From Anaerohalosphaeraceae bacterium (GTDB lineage: Bacteria; Planctomycetota; Phycisphaerae; Sedimentisphaerales; Anaerohalosphaeraceae), in NCBI GenBank assembly GCA_963675525.2, contig CAXXSL010000011.1, forward strand, positions 64,001 to 128,000: a stretch of DNA of 64,000 nt. The letters are read 5' to 3'. The notes under the pieces are model-generated. The model was not told the DNA's origin and made no database searches. It saw only the letters and a list, made by a program, of their open reading frames with translations. Positions 54,795 to 64,000 of this stretch are shown in pieces. Positions within the stretch are counted from its first letter, which is position 1. The number at the start of each line of letters is the position of its first letter. The position numbers were made by a program, and so were the translations under genes.

Positions 54795-56510
54795 TTATCG
54801 AAGTCCCTTGAAGTTAGCTTCGCCACCGTTAAGATGATAAATCAACGGCAATGGACGGTCCATGCCTTCAATGAAGGCAGGTCTGGCTGCCCACGGCGTT
54901 GCACTGATGACCCCTGTCAAATCCATCCAATATTGTAATCGAGACACCGGCAGATTCCATGTCATGTGCAGATGATTGGCCGGGGCATACTGTTTGTATT
55001 CAACCATGCTGGCATATTTCGGAACAACAAAAGTATGCGGCCAGTTCGGATCCGTCAAATTACACATCACCTGTCCGAGTTTGTTGGGAACGCTGGTTGT
55101 ATAGGCCTCGTCCCAGATCAGGCTGAACTTGTTATTCAACGCGCTATACGCCATGCGTCCGGCCAGCCCCTCGATCCCCGCCGGAGTCATAAACGTCACC
55201 GAATTCCCGCCGCCCGGGAAATACTCTGCGCCGGCCAGCGGCATCGAAATCCCCTTCATGATGTCCTTGACCGCGGTTCCCGGCCGGGCCGCCCAGTCAA
55301 AAGACGCACTTCCGGAGTTGTCGCCATCCACCAGGCCCTTGCGGATATAGTCGGCTTTCGGACTGACCTTGATGCCGTGCTTTTGAGCCAGCGCCTTGAT
55401 CTCCCAACCTTCCCAGGCCTTGCGGAAATCCATAAACAGCGGCGGGTTGCCGCCGGACAGCCACGTAAAGAACAGCATTGTCAGCAATCCCTGCATATCC
55501 GCCTCGGTCGCGTAGGGCAGCGGCGCCTTGGACCCCTTGTGGTCAAATGTACTGTTAAACATCGACTCCATCGCGTCCGCCACCGGCAGCGGCAATCCAC
55601 GCAAGTCGCTGCCCCACTCAAGCTGGCTCATGAATCCGCCGCCAACGGCATTGAGCTCGGCCATCAAGTCGCGGTTAATCAGGTACATCGCAAGACTGGT
55701 ATTGAAACGCTCGTTGTCCGCTTCGGTCTTCAGTTCAAGCCGTTTGCCGATACTCTTATTGATCCAGCCGCGGAGTTCGGCCAGTTCTTTTTTATTATAG
55801 GCGCCCTTTGTGAGCATATCGGCCAGCAGTTTCATGTCCAGCCGGGTAATTTCAATGCCGAAGGTATTGCGTGTCGGAATAATATGTGCCAAGGCCGTTT
55901 CCATTCCCATGGAATCATGCCCAAACACCATCACACGCCGTCCGCGAAGCGCCACCACCGTCACAGCCGCATAGCACCAATCAATCAATGCCGCCACCGT
56001 CGGGTCCGACATCTTGGGTTTCAAACCGGTGTCCGGCCAGTTGCCGACGTTCAGGTGCACCATCTTGCCGTATTGACTGATCGCACCGGCCAGCGCGTGA
56101 GCATAAACCACGCCCGGCTTCGGCCCGCTGTTGCCGCAGGTAATATTCAGCGGCGTATCTTTCGGGAACTGCTGCAAAAGTGAAATCGCCGTCAATTGCG
56201 GAAACGCCCACGTATCGGGAGCACAGACGAGAATATTTACGCCTGCCTGACGAAATTGCTCCGCCACCACATCCGCCTGTGCCTCACTATCCACAAGAAC
56301 GGATGAATAAACCACCTCCACCGCCTGTTTATCCGGCAGAACCACCTGACCGCTGATCGTATCGGCCACTATCGCGATAATATTCTGTGCGCGTATCCGG
56401 CTGGCCGCGTCAATACGCGGATCACACGGAGCAAAAACCCCGATTACCGGAGTTTTAGGACTTGCTTTTCTGATTACGGGAAGACATTTCGAGTTGATTT
56501 TTTCAGCCAT
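54795..56510 (-). CDS. L-fucose/D-arabinose isomerase family protein
   Basis: SMGM, ATEAD, FMDFR, NSGS, WPHTF, ANH correspond to FucI motifs. Confidence 0.8.
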   Translation of the reverse strand: MAEKINSKCLPVIRKASPKTPVIGVFAPCDPRIDAASRIRAQNIIAIVADTISGQVVLPDKQAVEVVYSSVLVDSEAQADVVAEQFRQAGVNILVCAPDTWAFPQLTAISLLQQFPKDTPLNITCGNSGPKPGVVYAHALAGAISQYGKMVHLNVGNWPDTGLKPKMSDPTVAALIDWCYAAVTVVALRGRRVMVFGHDSMGMETALAHIIPTRNTFGIEITRLDMKLLADMLTKGAYNKKELAELRGWINKSIGKRLELKTEADNERFNTSLAMYLINRDLMAELNAVGGGFMSQLEWGSDLRGLPLPVADAMESMFNSTFDHKGSKAPLPYATEADMQGLLTMLFFTWLSGGNPPLFMDFRKAWEGWEIKALAQKHGIKVSPKADYIRKGLVDGDNSGSASFDWAARPGTAVKDIMKGISMPLAGAEYFPGGGNSVTFMTPAGIEGLAGRMAYSALNNKFSLIWDEAYTTSVPNKLGQVMCNLTDPNWPHTFVVPKYASMVEYKQYAPANHLHMTWNLPVSRLQYWMDLTGVISATPWAARPAFIEGMDRPLPLIYHLNGGEANFKGLR

Positions 56511-56591
56511 CACGTTGACTCCTTTTAATTTAATAAGTCAGCTCTGTCTTATTGAACAGTGCTGCCCGGCATAATTGCCTGTTTCTTTGGA

Positions 56592-58361
56592 TTAATCTTT
56601 TACTGGAACCAATCGAACGGAACGAATATTGATCGGCTGCCACTTATCCTTAACCGGCTTGATCTCGAGAGTACATTCTCCCTTTTGCTCCAGAGTTAAC
56701 TGCCCCAGCGACATTTGCTCAAATGTATCATAACCTCCGGTGGAATGAATCGTCGCGGTCAACTTTTGATCGCCAAGCAGGATCTCAAACTGACTTTCGG
56801 ATGCTTCCACCGCCAGATCAGTAACAACTTCAAACCGTCCGGGACGGTCAATATCGAACGACCAACTCACCCAGATTCGTTCATCCGTCCAGTAGCCGAT
56901 ATTCAAGACGCCATCCTTTGTTTCAAGTTTCGTATCGGTCCCCATCCGGTTATGGATGTCGGCGAGAATAGCCGACAGTGTCAGGGTTCCATCCGCCGTT
57001 TGTTTCGGAAGAACTTTTTTAATAGTAAGTTGGCCTTTGACCTTCAGCACAACAACCGTATCGATCGCATCCAGGGTTTTTTGGGGCAGGTAGACCGTCA
57101 CGCCCGAATCGTCCAATGCGGTTTTAACGGGCTGATTGTCCGCTAACAGAGTCGCCTCCTGAACAACATTCCCAAGCCCCGGAACCGATAGTTTTCCATC
57201 GGCCGGCCAGTCAAATACATGCAGATAAAGAATCGCACCGTCATTCATACTCTTTTTTGTGCAGCGGCCCCAGGTCAACTTAGCAAAAGGACTGGCGGTG
57301 GTGCCGTAGATCGATTCTCCGTTAATCTTCATCCATTGACCGATTTCCTGCAGACGTTCAATGCTGGGTTGCGGAATTTCCCCCAGCGACGTCGGCCCGA
57401 CATTCAGCAGGTAATTGCCGCCCTTGCTGGCGATATCCACCAAGTTTCGAATCAATGTTTGGGTCGATTTCCAATTATTGTCATAACTCTTATACCCCCA
57501 GGTATCGTTCATGGTCATGCAGGTTTCCCAGTCACGGTCTTTGTAGCCTGTGGCCGGAATGTGCTGTTCAGGGGTTTCCGTATCACCCCTGTATCCGCCC
57601 CCGAGGCGATTGTTCGTAATAATCCCCGGTTGCAGAGCGATCAACGGCTCAAGTATGTCGGCACGCTCTTGGGACATATCGTTCGGCGTATCCCACCACA
57701 GGACGGCAATGTCGCCATAATTGGTCAGGATTTCGTTGACCTGCGGGGCAGCGATGGTCTTGAGATACTCATCCATGCTGCCGTCCTGGGCCGGGTCCCA
57801 ATGCCCGCCCGCGGCCGCTCCACCCGGATGATTCCAGTCCTGTGCCTGTGAATAATAGAATCCCAACTTGATGCCATACTTACGGCATGCTTCGGCCAGC
57901 GGTTTGAGCAGATCTTTTCCATAAGGCGTAGCATCCACCACGTCCCAGTCAGTCACTTTGGAGTCAAACAGGGCAAAACCGTCATGGTGCTTGGATGTGA
58001 TCACGATGTATTTCATCCCGGCTTCTTTGGCCAGGCGCACCCATGCATCCGGATCATACTTGACAGGGTTGAATTGTGTGGCATAGGCTTTATAGACCGC
58101 CACCGGAATCTTGCCCCGATTCATGATCCATTCCCCGATACCAGAAATCTGCTGCCCGTCGTAGGTTCCTGCCGGGACGGAATAGACTCCCCAATGAATG
58201 AACATGCCAAACCGCGCATCACGCCACCACTGCATCCGGGTGTCCCGCTGTTCTTTGGTTTCAGCCTGATACGGCCAAGTCGAAACTTCCTCTGATTTGA
58301 AACATCCGCTGACACTTAAGATCAACAGCGCCCACAGGAATCGCTTGATTGAATGCAGCAC
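56592..58361 (-). CDS. Alpha-L-fucosidase (GH29) lipoprotein with a C-terminal beta-sandwich/CBM-like module
   Basis: RFGMFIHWG, TSKHHDGF, LWWD, WETCMT, NYLLNVGP; LSVSGC lipobox; probable GTG start 58361. Confidence 0.92.
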   Translation of the reverse strand: MLHSIKRFLWALLILSVSGCFKSEEVSTWPYQAETKEQRDTRMQWWRDARFGMFIHWGVYSVPAGTYDGQQISGIGEWIMNRGKIPVAVYKAYATQFNPVKYDPDAWVRLAKEAGMKYIVITSKHHDGFALFDSKVTDWDVVDATPYGKDLLKPLAEACRKYGIKLGFYYSQAQDWNHPGGAAAGGHWDPAQDGSMDEYLKTIAAPQVNEILTNYGDIAVLWWDTPNDMSQERADILEPLIALQPGIITNNRLGGGYRGDTETPEQHIPATGYKDRDWETCMTMNDTWGYKSYDNNWKSTQTLIRNLVDIASKGGNYLLNVGPTSLGEIPQPSIERLQEIGQWMKINGESIYGTTASPFAKLTWGRCTKKSMNDGAILYLHVFDWPADGKLSVPGLGNVVQEATLLADNQPVKTALDDSGVTVYLPQKTLDAIDTVVVLKVKGQLTIKKVLPKQTADGTLTLSAILADIHNRMGTDTKLETKDGVLNIGYWTDERIWVSWSFDIDRPGRFEVVTDLAVEASESQFEILLGDQKLTATIHSTGGYDTFEQMSLGQLTLEQKGECTLEIKPVKDKWQPINIRSVRLVPVKD

Positions 58362-58528
58362 ATTAATCCCCTTTTCCAAAATAGCTAAGAATTGTATCAT
58401 TCGTGTTTACCACGGCACAAATTATGAATTTAACGTTTTTATTATGTTAATCAAAAATTTTATTCTTTCCATATACGATTTACAGTTTTTAATGGACATT
58501 TCACAGGTTTTTGAATATATTAGCAACC

Positions 58529-59428
58529 ATGCTCGGACTGAAAACAATTATCGACAATCTGGATATTACGGTACTCAACATTGAACTGCACACCGTCAGG
58601 ACCGAATGGGACTACCAAAACGTGAATAATCCTTATTCAAGGATTTATTATATAACGGAAGGATACGGCACTCTACGCCATCATCACCGGGACTATGAAC
58701 TGTTGCCACACCACATCTACCTGATTCCCTGCTATACAAACGTCACGATGTTCTGTTCCGGTCAGTTTACTCATTTTTATGTGCATTTCACCTCACGGCT
58801 TCAGACGGGTTTGGACATTCTTTCGCTTTTCAAATGTAATTTTGAGGCTCCCGCTGCCGAAAACGGGATCAGCTTATCCCTGTTCGAGCGTCTTTTGGCC
58901 CTGAATCCCAATAAGGAACTCATCGAATACGACGCCAAAAAGCCAATCTATAAACAGGTGCTTGATCGTGCTATTGAATTAGATCAGGACAAATCGCCCG
59001 GCAACATTTTTGAGACAAACGCAATTATACGACTGCTTCTTTCCGTCTTCTTCAGAGACTACGATCACCCGCAAATCTATAATACACTGCATGGTTTGAA
59101 ACGATTCGACGGAGTTCTTGAATATATTCACGAAAATCTGAATACCCCCCTGACCATTCAGCAGCTTGCTGGAATTGCCAATTTGAATTCGACCTATTTT
59201 TCAAATCTATTCAGTAAACTGATCGGCATGTCGCCAATTCAATACATCAATAAAAGGCGGATTGAAGAAGCTCAAAAGCACCTTCTCTGTACGGATGAAA
59301 CTCTTTATCAAATCGCACAAAGAGTGGGTTTTTCCGATGAATATTATTTCTCGCGCATCTTCAAAAAAACGGTTGGAATTTCTCCGAATCATTATCGAAA
59401 ACAAGAGACTCTTCTTCATCAGCGATAA
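58529..59428 (+). CDS. AraC-family transcriptional regulator
   Basis: N-terminal cupin-like domain, C-terminal double HTH (IAQRVGFSDEYYFSRIFKK..G.SP..YR); divergent from GH29. Confidence 0.93.
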   Translation: MLGLKTIIDNLDITVLNIELHTVRTEWDYQNVNNPYSRIYYITEGYGTLRHHHRDYELLPHHIYLIPCYTNVTMFCSGQFTHFYVHFTSRLQTGLDILSLFKCNFEAPAAENGISLSLFERLLALNPNKELIEYDAKKPIYKQVLDRAIELDQDKSPGNIFETNAIIRLLLSVFFRDYDHPQIYNTLHGLKRFDGVLEYIHENLNTPLTIQQLAGIANLNSTYFSNLFSKLIGMSPIQYINKRRIEEAQKHLLCTDETLYQIAQRVGFSDEYYFSRIFKKTVGISPNHYRKQETLLHQR

Positions 59429-59516
59429 ACTCAACAGTCGTTATTGAGATCACGATAACGATAAGTTTGGAGGATGTGCAGATTTTCATATTTCATCTCT
59501 CCGCATCTAATGATCT

Positions 59517-61454
59517 TTATTTCTCAGCCGCAAATACACTGTAACTATGCGGCAACAAATGAACCGTAAAAGACGCACGCTGTTCACGGTTTCTTCGTCG
59601 CCTGCCATTTTGCCTGTCGTCCGGTGTTTGGGGTTGCCTGGTGAGTACCTCGTCGGTGACCAGGTTCCGGAGTTTGGAAAATTCACCTGTCAACGAAACC
59701 GTTACATCGGTTTCCGTGTGGCGATATGATTGGACAATAAAGGTGTTATTGTCATAGGCAAACAAGGCGACCTGGCTCGGTCCGTCCAACCGCACGGGAA
59801 AGCCGGCCATCACATAGTTCTTGATATCGCTGGTCACCGATGTCGGCAGGCGATAAAGGTCGTTAAAATTGTCAGGGATCGTCCAAATATACAAAATACC
59901 TTTTGAATACCGATTCAGCAGCATAAGCGGATACCCCCGGCCGCCGGCCAGTGCCCGGATGACCGGCCAGGAGTCGTTCGTCAGGAATCGAATATCCGGA
60001 AAGATGATTTCCGGATTCTCTTCTTCCGTCAGGGCCGAACCGCTACCCGGGCCGAAGCCTGAAAGGTATTTATCAGCAAGGATCTTCCGGTCGGTATAAC
60101 GTACTTCTACAATGTCCTCGATGCCCTTGCCCTGCAGTGCACGAAGGAGGCCTGAGGTGATCACAACATTTTTTCCGACGGTCAACTGCCCTTTTATTTT
60201 TTGAATAATAGCGGGGTCATATTTGGCCGATTCGGTCAGCAAAACAACATCCGCGTCCTTTGGAAACTCGGGATAAAGATCGATGGGGATACCGATGTTG
60301 CCAAGGTAATTATGGAGGAAATCTTCTCCCCATGAATGATAGGGTTTGTAGCTTTTGATACCAATGGGTTTGCCGAGTTTTCCGAGAAAGACGTCCACCT
60401 GTTCCAATGCATAAGCGGCAACACCGGCGTATGTGGGATCCGAAGGTCCTTCAGGGTTCTTGGATCGGTACGCCTGCACCATCTGATCGTAATTAAAGTT
60501 GGTCGGTAAGTTCTGCCATGCCGAACGGTCTCCCAAGGAGACATCTTTGCCCATGGCGGACCATTCAAACAGGGTGATCTCCGGCGCTTTTGCAAACAGG
60601 GTGTCCCATAGCTGCTCAACGTATCGATCAACATAACGAATGCTGTAGGTATCCACCCAACCGCCGCCGTTGTGAGCCGGTTTGATGTTTTCAAAAAATC
60701 GAAAGATCTGATAACTCTCGTACTGCTGGAGATTTTGATCGGTCATTTCGGGGTCGCGGGTTTCCGTGCCGGTATAAATGCCGTCGAATATTTGGGGTTC
60801 CTTTTCCAGGTCGAAACCGAGGCCCTGGAAATGCTCGTACCAATTCGGATATTTGATGACCATCTTAACATCAGGATTAACGGCCCTGGCGGGGTTAATG
60901 AGCAGGTTTTCTGCCGCTTCGTGCATTAAATCACGCCGAAATTGGCTCCAGGTTCGACTTCCCTTTTCCGCGATGTCCGTATCATACTTCGTAGTGACGA
61001 AAAAGAAATCATCCTGAATGATTTCATCGAAGTGACGTGCCGCCAACTGCACTGCTTTTTTGATAAACTCACGGTCATTCGGATCCGTGTAACAGAAAGA
61101 GCGGAACTGCCCGCCGACACTGCCGTCGGACAGCGCCATTCCGCCGGCCATGCGCACTTTTTTTTCGAGGAAAAACTTTTTTACTTGTTCGAGCAATGCA
61201 TCGCTTGCCACATTCCGATCACGCTGAACCTCGATATAGACCTTGTCCACCTTCAGTTGGCTGCTGATCCGGTCCCACTGGTTCTTTAGCGTTTCTGGGT
61301 TTTCAAATCGCTGCACAACACTGACAGGAATATAGATTGCAACATCAAAGTTGTCATATGAAACGGCAGGACACAAACCCGGAATCAGAAGGAAACCGAG
61401 CAATACTAAGAATGATACGTGTAAGGAGCTTTGTTTTACATTCATGGCATTCAT
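59517..61454 (-). CDS. Secreted hypothetical protein, possible uncharacterised glycoside hydrolase
   Basis: Long ORF with signal peptide, directly downstream of GH31; IIQDDFFF, KYPNWYEH, TETRDP; start at 61454 or 61445. Confidence 0.7.
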   Translation of the reverse strand: MNAMNVKQSSLHVSFLVLLGFLLIPGLCPAVSYDNFDVAIYIPVSVVQRFENPETLKNQWDRISSQLKVDKVYIEVQRDRNVASDALLEQVKKFFLEKKVRMAGGMALSDGSVGGQFRSFCYTDPNDREFIKKAVQLAARHFDEIIQDDFFFVTTKYDTDIAEKGSRTWSQFRRDLMHEAAENLLINPARAVNPDVKMVIKYPNWYEHFQGLGFDLEKEPQIFDGIYTGTETRDPEMTDQNLQQYESYQIFRFFENIKPAHNGGGWVDTYSIRYVDRYVEQLWDTLFAKAPEITLFEWSAMGKDVSLGDRSAWQNLPTNFNYDQMVQAYRSKNPEGPSDPTYAGVAAYALEQVDVFLGKLGKPIGIKSYKPYHSWGEDFLHNYLGNIGIPIDLYPEFPKDADVVLLTESAKYDPAIIQKIKGQLTVGKNVVITSGLLRALQGKGIEDIVEVRYTDRKILADKYLSGFGPGSGSALTEEENPEIIFPDIRFLTNDSWPVIRALAGGRGYPLMLLNRYSKGILYIWTIPDNFNDLYRLPTSVTSDIKNYVMAGFPVRLDGPSQVALFAYDNNTFIVQSYRHTETDVTVSLTGEFSKLRNLVTDEVLTRQPQTPDDRQNGRRRRNREQRASFTVHLLPHSYSVFAAEK

Positions 61455-61486
61455 TTTCCTTTGCTGATTATTTGTCATTTTCGACT

Positions 61487-63904
61487 TTATTTTTCTTGCC
61501 GGATGCTCCACTTCACTTTCCCGGAAAACGGGTCGTCCGTCAGACGAAAATCGGCACCATCCTGAGACAACTCAATCTTGTGCAGTACCTGATCGGATGG
61601 CAGGCACACTAAGCCTTCGGCTGTTTGCTTGTCTGCAGCATAGACCACCAGTTCCAGGTTCGACCAATCCATGAAGGCTGTTGATTGAGCCAGCTTGATA
61701 TGCGGAATAACCGCCCCGCTTTTGACCAGGGCAACCACGGGTATGTCGGCGGCCCGAATGCGATGCCATCCGCCCGAATAGACCTTACCGGTCTGGTAGT
61801 CGATCCATTTTCCCGGCGGCAAGTACACGTCGCGTTCCTTGACGCTCTCCAGCAGCGGAGCGACCAGAATGTCTGCGCCGAAGAGGTATTGATCGTCCAC
61901 AAGCCAGGACCCCGGATCATCCGGATACTCGACGAACAGAGCCCTGACCATCGGCAATCCACGCTGACTGCTGTCTTTTGCCTGAGCATAAATATACGGC
62001 ATAAGACGGTAACGCATTTCATCGGCCCTGCGAAAAGCATTCATGAAATCTTCGCCGTATTCCCACGGTTCCGTGGGCGGCGTTCCATGACTTCGGGTAT
62101 GAGAACTGAGCATGCCAAACGGTGTCCATCGTCGATACAGGTTTTCGGGGCAGGATTTGACAAAACCGCCAATATCATGAGCCCAGAAAGTAAAACCGGA
62201 CAGGCCTATCGATAAACCGCCACGGAGTGTCGCGCTCATCGCCGAATCCGTATTGGCCGGGTCGCCGCCCCAATGGACAGGATACTTCTGACTGCCGGCC
62301 CAGGCGCTGCGGGCCCAGATGAACGTATCACCGGTGACCTCTTTTGTAATATCGGCTACCGCTTTGTTATAGCGAAGCGGATACAGGTTATGCTCATAAA
62401 AACCGCTTCGGCCGGAGGCATAGATTCCGTCAGCGGGAGCTGCTTCACCGAAATCGACCTTAATGACACTAACCCCCTGCTTGAGCAGACCTGCAATGTT
62501 GTTTTGATACCATTTGACGGTATCGGGATTAGAAAAATCAAGCACCGCATCTTCATAAGGCAGGTTGCCCTTGCCGTCGCGAACATATAATCCCTTCTCA
62601 ATGATCTCTGGGAATAACTTGTTCTTGGGAACAAAATACGGCAGTTGCCACAGGCATGTCCGAAAACCCTGCTCCTTAAAGTCCGCCAGCATTTTGACAG
62701 GATCATCAAAACGGCCTTCGGAGAACTGATAGTCGCACCGCCAGTCCGTTTCAAACCAGCCGGTATCAAAATGGATCACATCGCTTGGGATTCGGTTTTC
62801 ACGAAGCTTTTGCGTAACCGAACGGCCATCCTTTTCGGAAAAATAAGTAATTCGGCTCATCCAGAATCCGAACGACCATAACGGCGGCATGGGGGCTTTG
62901 CCGGTGATATTCGTATACTCATCCAAAATATCTTTGGGTTGGCCCAGAAAAACGAACAGATCCAGTTCATCGTCACCGATCATCATATTGTTGACGCTGC
63001 TGTAATATTTCCCAAAGTCGCAGGTAATGGGTGTCGAGGTGTGCATGAATACGCCATAGCCACGACTGCTCATATAGAACGGAACGGGCTTATACATCGT
63101 TTCATTCTGCACCCCGTTCCCATCATCCGTAAACAGCACGACTTTCTGCCCGCGCTTATTGAATTCGGTGAATGACTCCCCGCATCCGAAAATCTTTTCC
63201 TTCGGCGACAAACGGAAGACCGCGGCCATGCTGGTGGAGTAATCCGAAGACCTGCGAACGAACGAGAACGGCAACAAAGGCGTAAAGGTTTCGCTGTCGT
63301 CCTCCATGTGAATCGTATGGGTCAGCATCCGGCCGTCGGCATCGTGCAATTCAATGCGCCAAGGAGATTCGGTAATTGTCACCGAACCGGCCGTACCGGT
63401 ATAACGATGCCCCCCGTCGATCTTTTTATATTTCCATCCCGAGCGGTCCTGAGATACCGTGCCGTTGACCAACATCAGCGAGGGTTTGTCAGGTTTGATC
63501 TGAAAGCGTGAAATTGCCCGAATGCGCAGGGTACGCGGAGAAATAAACTCGATCGCAAACGGCAGTTCCGGTGAAGCGGCGTATTCGGTTCCGGGGAACT
63601 CATTGGCCTTAACCGGCACAAGGACTCCCAGCATATTGTTAAATGCCTGACGGGTGGCATATTCGTAGCGCAGATATCGAATTTTCCCACGTCCGGTATC
63701 AGGATCAAATTCGGCCAGGCGGTCGGCACAATAATACGTATTACTGAAATCCCTGAAATCCCCGCTGATGTCCATTGGTTCATTCAGCAATCGCTGGTCA
63801 TCACCCAGTGAATGAATCGGGATTTGTGCCTGAACAACAGTGGTCATTAAGTAACCAATCACAATAATACCCAAAAGCCGCATGTAATTTTTTTGATACA
63901 TCAT
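61487..63904 (-). CDS. Glycoside hydrolase family 31, alpha-xylosidase-like, secreted
   Basis: GCGESF, YKPVPF, HFDTGW, KVDFGE nucleophile, HWGGD, HDIGGF, YLPPG.W. Confidence 0.9.
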   Translation of the reverse strand: MMYQKNYMRLLGIIVIGYLMTTVVQAQIPIHSLGDDQRLLNEPMDISGDFRDFSNTYYCADRLAEFDPDTGRGKIRYLRYEYATRQAFNNMLGVLVPVKANEFPGTEYAASPELPFAIEFISPRTLRIRAISRFQIKPDKPSLMLVNGTVSQDRSGWKYKKIDGGHRYTGTAGSVTITESPWRIELHDADGRMLTHTIHMEDDSETFTPLLPFSFVRRSSDYSTSMAAVFRLSPKEKIFGCGESFTEFNKRGQKVVLFTDDGNGVQNETMYKPVPFYMSSRGYGVFMHTSTPITCDFGKYYSSVNNMMIGDDELDLFVFLGQPKDILDEYTNITGKAPMPPLWSFGFWMSRITYFSEKDGRSVTQKLRENRIPSDVIHFDTGWFETDWRCDYQFSEGRFDDPVKMLADFKEQGFRTCLWQLPYFVPKNKLFPEIIEKGLYVRDGKGNLPYEDAVLDFSNPDTVKWYQNNIAGLLKQGVSVIKVDFGEAAPADGIYASGRSGFYEHNLYPLRYNKAVADITKEVTGDTFIWARSAWAGSQKYPVHWGGDPANTDSAMSATLRGGLSIGLSGFTFWAHDIGGFVKSCPENLYRRWTPFGMLSSHTRSHGTPPTEPWEYGEDFMNAFRRADEMRYRLMPYIYAQAKDSSQRGLPMVRALFVEYPDDPGSWLVDDQYLFGADILVAPLLESVKERDVYLPPGKWIDYQTGKVYSGGWHRIRAADIPVVALVKSGAVIPHIKLAQSTAFMDWSNLELVVYAADKQTAEGLVCLPSDQVLHKIELSQDGADFRLTDDPFSGKVKWSIRQEK

Positions 63905-64000
63905 GTGTAACTCCTTTACTTCAAAAAGACTTTTATATTAAATCTATTAATGTCGACTTTGAAAAAGGCAAATCAGACTTTTTCGACATCCATTATTATC

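Noticed and set aside
54966..56183. 405-aa plus-strand ORF
   Set aside because: Antisense shadow of the FucI-like gene

Overview
Bacterial chromosomal window, roughly balanced GC with AT-richer inserts. Gene content and the DPN-rich, dockerin-like-tailed secreted protein suggest an anaerobic planctomycete (Phycisphaerae/Sedimentisphaerales-like); this is inference only. The first 17.7 kb is a compact nitrogen-assimilation island on the minus strand: a GAF-AAA-HTH (NifA-like) sigma54 activator, a putative outer-membrane porin, three amt-PII pairs, glutamine synthetase III, gltBD and glutamine-dependent nadE (truncated by the window edge). No nif or ntrBC genes are in the window. Four sigma54 promoters share a conserved architecture with TACA-N4-TGTA boxes at fixed distances, and the same boxes overlap the activator's own sigma70 promoter, so a whole regulon can be read from the DNA. 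The rest holds housekeeping genes (purL/purQ, dapL, folK-dNK fusion, panCD, lgt, bioF, tyrA, accA, rpiB, tsaC-phosphatase fusion), an ECF sigma locus, sugar-utilisation genes (SSS transporter, galactokinase-like, GH106, GH29, GH31, FucI-like, AraC) and small accessory elements. The accessory elements are an unannotated 26-aa highly basic peptide gene with its own promoter and RBS, a GxxExxY nuclease gene bracketed by inverted 9-bp-unit repeats inside purL-purQ, an ORF6N gene with a duplicated palindrome, several REP-like repeats and a helically phased repeat tract. No rRNA, tRNA or CRISPR array was seen.
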